64,000 nt of DNA from Macrostomum hystrix. Its lineage: Eukaryota > Animalia > Platyhelminthes. Of this stretch, positions 36,605 through 47,600 are shown piece by piece. The position numbers and the translations under genes are program-made. Positions within the stretch are counted from its first letter, which is position 1. Every line of letters begins with the position of its first letter. The notes under the pieces are model-generated. The model was not told the origin of the DNA. It saw only the letters and a program-made list of their open reading frames with translations, and ran no database searches. The stretch spans positions 496,001 through 560,000 of the forward strand of contig CATNEN010000005.1 in the NCBI GenBank assembly GCA_950097015.1. Direction: 5' to 3'.

Positions 36605-37355
36605 TGAGCGTCTCAGTCTCACCGTTACACTCTCACTGTCTCACTCTCACTGTCTCACTCTCACTGTCTTACTCTCACTGTCTCACTCTCACTGTCTCAC
36701 TCTCCCACTCTCACTCTCCATCTCACACTCTGTCTCACTCTTTCTCTCACACGCTTACTGCCTCACTCTCACTCTCACTGTCTCACTCTCACTATCTCAC
36801 TATCACTGTCTCACTCTCACTGTCTCACTCTCACTGTCTCACTCTCACTGTCTCACTCTCACTCTCTCTCTCACACGCTTACTGCCTCACTCTCACTCTC
36901 ACTGTCTCACTCACCCACTCTCACTCTCCATCTCACACTCTGTCTCACTCTTTCTGTCTCACTCTCACTCTCTCTCTCACACGCTTACTGCCTCACTCTC
37001 ACTCTCACTGTCTCACTCACCCAATCTCACTCTCCATCTCACACTCTGTCTCACTCTTTCTGTCTCAGTCTCAGTCTCACTCTTACACTCTCACTGTTTC
37101 ACTTTCACTCTCATTCTCACTCTCTCTCTCAAACTCTCACTCTCACACACTCTCTCTCACCCTCACACTCTCACTGTCTCACTCTCACTCTCTCTCTCTC
37201 TCAAACTCTCACTCTCACACACTCTCTCTCACCCTCACACTCTCACTGTCTCACTCTCACTCTCACTCTCACTCTCTCTCACTCTCACTGTAACTCTCTC
37301 TCTCTCAAACTCCCACTCCCACACTCCCACTCTGTCACTCTCACCCAAATTCTCA
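36605..37355. repeat. (CTCACT)n-like simple repeat
   Basis: Degenerate hexamer repetition. Confidence 0.85.
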
Positions 37356-37914
37356 ACCATACTAGCTCGTAAGTGAGTCTTTGTCGACAGATTATAATTT
37401 GACAAATAATGAAATTTCTACTTTTTTAATATATTTCATTGTGTTTCAGTTTAACACGTTTCTTACAGTTGTGGCATTTAAATTTTCGGACACAAGCAAT
37501 AGAAAACAATGTTCCCCAGTTCTATGTTCCTAGAACTGTACAAATTTTCCTAGAATCACATAGAAAATTATAGTTTGACAGTAAATTGTCTTCGTTTAGT
37601 AAAACTGGGCGTCATAAAAACAACGAGGGCTACCAGAACCAGAAGCAATAATATCCCCAGCTACTGTTGTCTAGACTCCCAAGACGGACGGACCTTAAAA
37701 TTCCCATTTCGCTGGCGCCAACTCTTGTGCTACTATCAAATTTTATACTAAGCCTTGTTCTTCTTGGGTAAAAGGGATAAGAAGTGATCCACACTCTCGA
37801 CACACTGCCAGCAGCATTGTGCAGCATTGTTATTCGCAATGCCATAAATGAGCATTCGATTGTAGTTTTCGTCTATGGCCATACATGCCGAAACGATGCT
37901 TGCAACGAAATAGG

Positions 37915-39630
37915 CTGCGATCTAATAGCGATTCCTGCTACGATTCTAATAGCGATTCCTGCTACGATTCTAATTGCGATTCCTGCTACGATTCTAATTG
38001 CGATTCCTGCTACGATTCTAATTGCGATTACTGCTACGATTCTTTCTTCGATTCCTGCTACGATTCTAATTGTGATTCCTGCTACGATTCTAATAGCGAT
38101 TCCTGCTACGATTCTAATTGCGATTCCTGCTACGATTCTAATAGCGATTCCTGCTACGATTCTAATTGCGATTCCTGCTACGATTCTAATTGCGATTCCT
38201 GCTACGATTCTTTCTTCGATTCCTGCTACGATTCTAATTGCGATTCCTGCTACGATTCTAATTGCGATTCCTGCTACGATTCTTTCTTCGATTCCTGCTA
38301 CGATTCAATCTTCGAATCCTGCTACGATTCTATATGCGATTCCTGCTACGATTCTGTCTTCAAATTCCTGCTACGATTCTAATAGCGATTCCTGCTACGA
38401 TTCTAATTGCGATTCCTGCTACGATTCTTTCTTCGATTCCTGCTACGATTCTAATTGCGATTCCTGCTACGATTCTAATTGCGATTCCTGCTACGATTCT
38501 ATCTTGGATTCCTGCTACGATTCTATCTTCGAATCCTGCTTCGATTCTATATGCGATTCCTGCTACGATTCTGTCTTCAAATTCCTGCTACGATTCTAAT
38601 AGCGATTCCTGCTACGATTCTAATTGCGATTCCTGCTACGATTCTAATAGCGATTCCTGCTACGATTCTAATTGCGATTCCTGCTACGATTCTAATTGCG
38701 ATTCCTGCTACGATTCTAATTGCGATTCCTGCTACGATTCTAATTGCGATTCCTGCTACGATTCTTTCTTCGATTCCTGCTACGATTCTAATTGCGATTC
38801 CTGCTACGATTCTAATTGCGATTCCTACTACGATTCTAATTGCGATTCCTGCTACGATTCTAATAGCGATTCCTGCTACGATTCTAATTGCGATTCCTAC
38901 TACGATTCAAATTGCGATTCCTGCTACGATTCTAATTGCGATTCCTGCTACGATTCTAATTGCGATTCCTGCTACGATTCTATCTTCGAATCCTGCTACG
39001 ATTCTAATTTCGATTCCTGCTACGATTCTAATTGCGATTCCTACTACGATTCAAATTGCGATTCCTGCTACGATTCAAATTGCGATTCCTGCTACGATTC
39101 TAATTGCGATTCCTACTACGATTCAAATTGCGATTCCTGCTACGATTCTAATAGCGATTCCTGCTACGATTCTAATTGCGATTCCTGCTACGATTCTAAT
39201 AGCGATTCCTGCTACGATTCTAATAGCGATTCCTGCTACGATTCAAATTGCGATTCCTGCTACGATTCTAATTGCGATTCCTGCTACGATTCTAATTGCG
39301 ATTCCTGCTACGATTCTAATTTCGATTCCTGCTACGATTCTAATTGCGATTCCTACTACGATTCAAATTGCGATTCCTGCTACGATTCAAATTGCGATTC
39401 CTGCTACGATTCTAATAGCGATTCCTACTACGATTCAAATTGTGATTGCTGCTACGATTCTAATAGCGATTCCTACTACGATTCTAATTGCGATTCCTGC
39501 TACGATTCTAATTGCGATTCCTGCTACGATTCTATCTTGGATTCCTGCTGCGATTCTTTTCTTCGATTCCTGCTACGATTCTATCTTGGATTCCTGCTGC
39601 GATTCTTTCTTCGATTCCTGCTACGATTCC
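37915..39630. repeat. 24-bp minisatellite (GATTCCTGCTACGATTCTAATTGC), about 1.7 kb
   Basis: Direct repetition; gives IPATILIA and DSCYDSNC readings. Confidence 0.95.
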
Positions 39631-40469
39631 TTGTACATTGCCATCTGCGTTCCCTGCTATTATTCTATCTGGCAGTTTTTTTGTAGAAATCGAACATCAT
39701 TGCCTAGTGTCCTTCTTTCGCTTCGAAAATAAATTCAAGAGAATAAGAGAAACCATGTATTCACTTGTCTTAAATCATTCAATCAGTTTATTGTTCCGTT
39801 ACAGTTCTGCAGCTGTGTAGATCTTTGTTTTTTTATTATTCCTAAATGCTTCAGCATTCTTCTGTGAAAAAGACTCGACTATAGAAAGGGAAATTATGGA
39901 TTGGAAAAACTGAGAGTCAGTGACCGTAGAGAGAGAGACAGCTGGTTAGAGGGCAGGGGGTGAGAATATTACCCCTCCCCCCCACCCGACGGGAAATGGG
40001 ATCTGGGCTAGGGGGGGGGATATTTTGGGATATTAGCAAACAAAAGCAGGGATCACCTATGGTACCGTTGCATGTCGGCATAACTGACCTTGGTGAGAGA
40101 GCCAGAGGGAGGACAGAAGGACAGACTCATTTTAAGCTAGCAGCATTTACTCACTGCTCACTCACTCAGTCACTCCAATGCTTTCTCGCAGACCAACTCC
40201 CCAACAACGAGTGGGAGGACACGCGAGTAATATGGGGCTAGCCAATGGAACTCTCTACTGCCATGCAACTTAGCAAATATTAGCCTTAGAATATACACGT
40301 ATTATAGGTAGAAGATATTATTTCATATTACCTATAGGGAGACAGAATTGCACAGAGGCAACTACGAACTACGTATTAGTATTATTATGAGAGATGTCTA
40401 CGAGTTGACTCTATGGTGTGTTCAGTTGTGGTGACACTGGGCAATTGAACAATTACAATGTTTGATTCG

Positions 40470-40730
40470 TTTACATCCAAGTCTATCTACCCAACATCTC
40501 TATCTGAGTCTATCTACCCTACATCTCTATCTAAGTCTATCTACCCTACATCTCTATCCAAGACAATCCGAGACTAGATCTGCCCTAATTCTCTATCCGA
40601 GACTAGATCTACCCTTAATTCTCTATCCGAGAATAGATCTACCCTTATTCTCTATTCGAGACTAGATCTACCCTTATTCTCTATTCCAGACTAGATCTAA
40701 CCTTTTTCTCTATCCGAGACTAGATCTACT
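40470..40730. repeat. ~30-bp minisatellite (CTCTATCCGAGACTAGATCTACCCTTAATT)
   Basis: Several diverged tandem units. Confidence 0.75.
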
Positions 40731-42639
40731 TGCTTCTTTAACTTGACCCTGTCGACCGAACTTCTTTATTCAAGCCAATAGACCAAAGACATCTTCTATA
40801 TCCAAGAATAAATCTACACAAGTTCTCTATCCAAGTCTATTTACTCTACTTCTCTTTTCAGAACTCTCAAACTGGGTATTCGTTGCCTATGTATTTTTTA
40901 ATTTTTTATATATTTTTTAATTATAGAGTAATGACGAAATGCGGTTTACTAAATAAACCACAACAGAATCAACTATAAACTACGAGGATGGGTAACAGTT
41001 ATAGTTTGGAATTAAAGATGCGAATATAATAAGTAAAAAATCTAGAGGTTAACACTTGAATGTGATAATTGTTTGGGATCATTTTGCTTCGCGCTGCCGT
41101 CTGATCTTCGAAGAAGATTTTGAAACAACGGAACATTTGATTTTCGAAGAATTGCATGGTCAGACAACTTTAAAAGACGTAAATTAGACTAAAGCCGGAA
41201 ATTTTACGGGAAGTGTAATTGGTGAAGAAAATGCATAAACAAGGAATTCCAGTTTTTTTATCCTAATCCCTAATTTAAAAAATAAAAAAAAATTGAAAAA
41301 ATACTCGCTCTTTTTACTAAAAACTGATTCAATACTTTTAAAGTGTCGCATGGTTTACTGCTAAGGCAATATATATTAATTATTAACACTTAAACTTAGG
41401 CGTATAACGGGTTGATAATACGTGACTTTCTTTCAGAGACCTGGAATTCCTTGGGGATAAGTATTCAAGTCTAAAGGTTGAGCGAGTGTTGCGAGATCAA
41501 TATTATGGTTAAATGGGGATTGCAAGCAATGCGCTTTAGCTGTGCTGATTAATTTATCAAAGAAATTGTGTGAGAGAAAGAGATAATTTATGGTAGAGAG
41601 ACTGGCAGGAGCGAGGTAGGAGAAACACAAATTTAGAGGGAAGGTAGGACAAAAGAACAATGTTTTCCTTTTTAGTTTAAATATAAACTCTAATTTGTTT
41701 AAATTTAATTTACGCGTAATTTGAATATTATGCGGGATGACGAATTACGATTGTTAAAAAGGGAATCGGTTAAACTTGCGCGGATATTTGAAGGAGCAAA
41801 ATTTGAGGAGCAAAATTGTTCCATTGTGCTTCTTTAGTGCTAATTAGTTTCTAACACGAAATAAAAAATGCTGTTTATATTGTATACCTTTTGCTTGCGC
41901 CGCACTGAAAACAAATGAAACAATGGTTTTTTTATGCGCAGAAAATGCTAATTGCCTTTGACTACATAATCGTTTGCAATACTGCAACAGAAATTTGTTA
42001 TAAATTAAATAAAACACAAATAAAACAAGAAACTTACTGATTTTTTACGCAGAGATTTAGAACTTCAATCGCAGGGTTGAAAACAAGCTTAGATTTACTC
42101 GAAAAATCCTAGGTTACAATGGATTTAAAAAAGTGTGTTTTTATCTATAATGTTTTTTCTGCACAATTCTTTTTCTATACTAAAATAGAGGAGAGAACAC
42201 AACACAGGGGGACTTCGCCAGTGGATTAGGCTATCGAATGTGACGGATTTAACGTTTTATTTCTCGTCCCCCATGCGGACAACTCCTAAGCTCCTGGAGG
42301 CTCTAGTCCGCCCACCCCACCCTCCTCCTCTCTGTGGTCACACGGCCTATAGAGAAATCACCGTATTAGAGACTTGGGGAGGTGGGCATATGCTGCTGCT
42401 GCTGCTGCTTCTACTAAACCTTGGCTAGCCAATCAGAACAGATTGTTGTAGATAACGTAAAATCTGCAGTATTGTAGCCGGTCAGTGGCGTCTGAGAAAT
42501 CGTGTATATTTTAGTGCGTTCGAATTGAAGGATTTAAGACAAGCTAATAGATTCTAGCAATACACTGCCTAGACACCCATAAAACACATGATCTAGCTAT
42601 CCTATTTTATGATTCTCAATCTCAGATTCTCAGATTCTC

Positions 42640-43610
42640 TTATTCTCATTCTCATTCGCCCATTCTCTCATTCTCTAATTCTCTGTCATTCTCATTCTCT
42701 CGTTTTCTTATTCTTTATGATAATTGCTATAATGATCTCTTTCTTTTTCTACTAATTTTCTCATCATTCTCTCTCATTCTCTCTCTTATTCTCTATTATT
42801 CTCTCTATTATTCTCTATTATTCTCTCTATTATTCTCTATTATTCTCGCTCTTATTCTCTATTATTCTCTCTATTATTCTCTATTATTCTCTCTATTATT
42901 CTCTATTATTCTCGCTCTCATTCTCTATTATTCTCTCTATTATTCTCTATTATTCTCTCTCTTATTCTCTATTATTCTCGCTCTTATTCTCTATTATTCT
43001 GTCTATTATTCTCGCTCTTATTCTCTATTTTTCTCGCTCTTATTCTCTATTATTCTCGCTCTTATTCTCTATTATTCTCTCTCTTATTCTCTCTATTATT
43101 CTCTCTATTATTCTCTCTATTATTCTCTATTATTCTCTCTATTATTCTCTATTATTCTCGCTCTCATTCTCTATTATTCTCTCTCTCATTCTCAATTATT
43201 CTCTCTCTTATTCTTTATTATTCTCTCTCTTATTCTCTATTATTCTCTCTCTTATTCTCTATTATTCTCGCTCTTATTCTCTATTATTCTGTCTATTATT
43301 CTCGCTCTTATTCTCTATTATTCTCTCTATTATTCTCGCTCTTATTCTCTATTATTCTCTCTCTTATTCTCTATTATTCTCTCTCTTATTCTCTATTATT
43401 CTCGCTCTTATTCTCTATTATTCTGTCTATTATTCTCGCTCTTATTCTCTATTATTCTCTCTATTATTCTCTCTCTTATTCTCTCTCTTATTCTCTCTCT
43501 TATTCTCTCTATTATTCTCTCTATTATTCTCGCTCTTATTCTCTCTCTTATTCTCTATTATTCTCTGCATTCTCATCATTCTCTATCATTCTCTCTCTTA
43601 TTCTCTCTTA
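42640..43610. repeat. (ATTCTCT/ATTATTCTCT)n simple repeat
   Basis: Low-complexity tandem array. Confidence 0.9.
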
Positions 43611-44179
43611 CGAGCGTATATTTCTCGTATTTTTTTCCTTTTTTCTTATTATTTTAATTAATTTTAAATTGATTAAGTTTATCGATTTTATTATCTTGAC
43701 ATCACTAAAGTTGAAACAGAATCAGGTTTGCTACAATTGGATATTGGATACTGATAAAATATTTTCTTAGAGAAAACCCATGGACACAAATCATTATACG
43801 AGTATTTGGTTGAAACAGCAGTGAACAACGAGCAACTCAATGTGTTGTTGTAGTTGTAGCAGATTTTCATGGCCGTGTGATTTATTAGAACCAGCAGTAT
43901 GGCTTCATAGATAAGCACATTTAAGGAATAATATTTTCTTTTCTATTCTGCGCTGTCATGTAGCGAAGCGCGGTTAGAGACAAAATGCATTCAACTGATA
44001 AAACCCGTGTGTAAAATACTACAGGTCTAATAACTTGATTTGCAAACTGCATGATTCAAATTATTGTACTTTAAACCGGATTAAATCTGATAGTCTGATA
44101 CTGTTGATGTTGGAAAGGAGTGTTACATGTTAGTGAGTGTTAAATTTTAACAAGTTAGTGTGCTATATTAGAATGAAGG

Positions 44180-44690
44180 AGTCTCCTCTCCTCTGTCCCT
44201 TCTCGTCTCCTCTTCTACCCGCTCCCCCTTCTCCCCTCTCCCCTCCTATTCTCCCCTCTCTTCTCCTCTTTTCCCTCTCCTTATTCCACTCCTCTTCTCC
44301 CCTCTCCCCATTCCCCTTCTCATCTCCCCTCTCTCCTCCTCTTCTCCCCTCTCTCCTCATCTTCTCCCCTCTCTCCTCCTCTTCTCCCCTCTCTCCTCCT
44401 CTTCTCCCCTCTCTCCTCCTCTTCTCCCCTCTCTCCTCCTCTTCTCCCCTCTCTCCTCCTCTTATCCCCTCTCTCCATTCCCTCCTCCCCTCAACCCCAA
44501 ACCCATTCCCCTCCTCTTCTCCCCTCTCTCCATTCCCCTCCTCCCCTCAACCCAAAACCCATTCCCCTCCTCTTCTCCCCTCAACCCCTCCTCTTCTCCC
44601 CTCTTCTCTACTCTCCCTTCTCTCTTCTCTCCTCTCCTCTTCTCCCCTCTCCTCTCCTCTTCTCCTATCTCCATTAATCTTCTCCTCCTA
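44180..44690. repeat. CT-rich low-complexity repeat
   Basis: Polypyrimidine tandem units. Confidence 0.85.
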
Positions 44691-45158
44691 CCCCTGACTG
44701 TTTTCCTACTATTCGTCATTTTGCTAAGAAACAAGCCAACATAAGGCATTAAAAAAATTCGAAAAAGCCTTCAAGCAACTAGATGGGAGATCAGGAAAGT
44801 AGAGAAGGCGCATGCCCGCGCGGGTCGGACCTTGTGGTTCTGAAATGTCATTTATTACCGGTTCCTGCATTTACCAAGTTCGTCCAACCGGACTCCTATC
44901 TTTCTCCCCCTTTCGACTCCGCATGGAACCGAATTTTCTGGGAATTCAATTATGTCTATGGCTTCCCTAATAGCCTCTTCGTAGACTAATAAATTCTTTT
45001 TTTATTGTCCCAATCCCTTTTAGTTCCAGTCAAAAGGATTCTTTGCCTTCAATTCTTTGCCTTCTGTCTTTCAATTTCAACTGTTCTCCCTTTATTCGTC
45101 AGTTCGCCATTGTGCGTGCCTGCAGTCGAACTATTTGATATTGACTAATGACGAAATG

Positions 45159-45930
45159 TTAATCCCTTCACTCCCATTCTCACAATCATAGAGTGTTAAT
45201 CCCTTCACTCCCATTCTCACAATCATAGAGTGCTAATCCCTTCACTCCCATTCTCACAATCATAGAGTGTTAATCCCTTCACTCCCATTCTCACAATCAT
45301 AGAGTGTTAATCCCTTCACTCCCATTCTCACAATCATAGAGTGTTAATCCCTTCACTCCCATTCTCACAATCATAGAGTGTTAATCCCTTCACTCCCATT
45401 CTCACAATCATAGAGTGTTAATCCCTTCACTCCCATTCTCACAATCATAGAGTGTTAATCCCTTCACTCCCATTCTCAAAATCATAGAGTGTTAATCCAT
45501 TCACTCCCATTCTCACAATCATAGAGTGTTAATCCCTTCACTCCCATTCTCACAATCATAGAGTGTTAATCCCTTCACTCCCATTCTCACAATCATAGAG
45601 TGTTAATCCATTCACTCCCATTCTCACAATCATAGAGTTTTAATCCCTTCACTCCCATTCTCACAATCATAGAGTGTCAATCCCTTCACTCCCATTCTCA
45701 CAATCATAGAGTGTTAATCCCTTCACTCCCATTCTCACAATCATAGAGTGTTAATCCCTTCACTCCCATTCTCACAATCATAGAGTGTTAATCCCTTCAC
45801 TCCCATTCTCACAATCATAGAGTGTTAATCCCTTCACTCCCATTCTCACAATCATAGAGTGTTAATCTCTTCACTCCCATTCTCACAATCATAGAGTAGT
45901 AATCTCTTCACTCCCATTCTCCCAATCTCC
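45159..45930. repeat. 37-bp minisatellite (TGTTAATCCCTTCACTCCCATTCTCACAATCATAGAG)
   Basis: About 21 near-perfect copies. Confidence 0.95.
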
Positions 45931-46401
45931 CAACTCTCATTCTGTGCTTCTTTCACTTTTTCATTTCCAATCTATTTTCAAGCCATATCACTCTATTCCC
46001 CACCGTTTTCCAGTTTCATTCAATGCGAAATGGGCACAATTATCTTTGAAAACTGCATGCACCACCTGGGTCTGGAATCGCAAAGCTGAATTGATTGCAC
46101 CTACTGAAGTAGACCATATTTCAATTCTATTCCTGAAATTGGCCAACGAAAAATAACTTATTTCTTTATTATGATTCAACACCTGCTATCAATTTTCCTG
46201 TCTGGAGTTCCGTGAGGCGGGCAAAGGAAATGAAAGATTTCCATACGATTAGCCTGGAAATAAGCAATTAATTATTTTTGTACTAAAGACAGTTTCTTTG
46301 AGAGGGCTTTCGTTTGCATATTATCTGCCCTTATGGTCTTTCTTTAAAACATTCTCTCTGCTTTCTTCACCTCTAACATTGCCTCTGCTCTTACTCCACC
46401 A

Positions 46402-47308
46402 TTAACTCCCTCTCTCCCTCTCCCCTCTCCCTCTCCCCTCTCTTCTTATCTCCCTCTCTCCCCTCTCCCTCTCCCCTCTCCCCTCTCTTCTTATCTCCCT
46501 CTCTCCCCTCTCCCTCTCTCCCCTCTCCCTATCCCCTCTCTTCTTATCTCCCTCTCTCCCCACTCCCTCTCCCCCTCTCTTCTTATCTCCCTCTCTCCCC
46601 ACTCCCTCTCCCTCTCCCCCTCTCTTCTTATCTCCCTCTCTCCCCTCTCCCCTCTCTTCTTATCTCCCTCTCTCCCCTCTCCCTCTCCCTCTCCCCCTCT
46701 CTTCTTATCTCCCTCTCTCCCCTCTCCCTCTCCCTCTCCCCTCTCTTCTTATCTCCCTCTCTCCCCACTCCCTTTCCCTCTCCCCTCTCTTCTTATCTCC
46801 CTCTCTCCCCTCTCCCTCTCCCTCTCCCCTCTCTTCTTATCTCCCTCTCTCCCCACTCCCTTTCCCTCTCCCCTCTCTTCTTATCTCCCTCTCTCCCCTC
46901 TCCCCTCTCTTCTTATCTCCCTCTCTCCCCTCTCCCTCTCCCTCTCCCCCTCTCTTCTTATCTCCCTCTCTCCCCTCTCCCTCTCCCTCTCCCCTCTCTT
47001 CTTATCTCCCTCTCTCCCCTCTCCCTCTCCCTCTCTCTTCTTATCTCCCCCTCTCTCTCCCCTCTCTTCCTCTCTTCTTATCTCCCTTTCTCCCCTCTCC
47101 CTCTCTCTCCTCTCCCTCTCTCCCCTCTCCCTCTCTCCCCTCTCCCTCTCTCCCCTCTCCCTCTCTCTCCTCTCCCTCTCTCCCCTCTCCCTCTCTCCCC
47201 TCTCCCTCTCTCCCCTCTCCCTCTCTCCCCTCTCCCTCTCCCCCTCTCTTCTTATCTCCCTCTCTCCTCTCTCTTCCTCTCTTCTTATCTCCCTCTCTCC
47301 CTCTATCT
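46402..47308. repeat. CT-rich satellite (CTCTCTTCTTATCTCCCTCTCTCCCCTCTCC), left flank of the hammerhead element
   Basis: Polypyrimidine tandem array. Confidence 0.9.
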
Positions 47309-47600
47309 CAGGCCAGCACCGGCGTCTCGTACGACCGAGTCAGTGTCACGGAGTTGAGTGAGTATGGATTGAGTTGCGGGGCGCGGCCGAATCGATTACG
47401 ATATGTTGAGATTGAAAGCTGGATTTAAACAAGCGCCAATAGCCTAATGGCTAAAGCGCTAGACTAGACTCTACTGATGAGCTCCAAAAAGAGCGAAACG
47501 CGTCTGGAGTTGCCTTGGTTCGAATCCTGATTTCCATTTTTTCGATACATATCGGAATCGATTCAAACATTAGATTTTTGAAATTCAATGGGCAGTGTCC
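47309..47600 (+). mobile_element. Hammerhead-containing tRNA-derived SINE/retrozyme-like element, intact copy
   Basis: Second copy at 15209-15455; A box 47440-47450, hammerhead 47468-47510, B box 47517-47527, T6 at 47537-47542, 18-bp inverted repeats 47389-47406 / 47547-47564. Confidence 0.85.
47468..47510 (+). ncRNA. Minimal type-I hammerhead ribozyme
   Basis: Helix I ACTCTA/TGGAGT (6 bp, one G-U); core CTGATGA (47474-47480); helix II GCTC-CAAAAA-GAGC; GAAA (47495-47498); helix III reduced to one A-U pair around a palindromic CGCG loop; predicted cleavage after GTC (47504). Confidence 0.9.

Noticed and set aside
47433-47535. Functional tRNA-Ser gene with an intron
   Set aside because: No 3' strand for the acceptor stem (GCGCCAA has no TTGGCGC partner), and the anticodon loop is one base short; the insert is a hammerhead, not a canonical tRNA intron.
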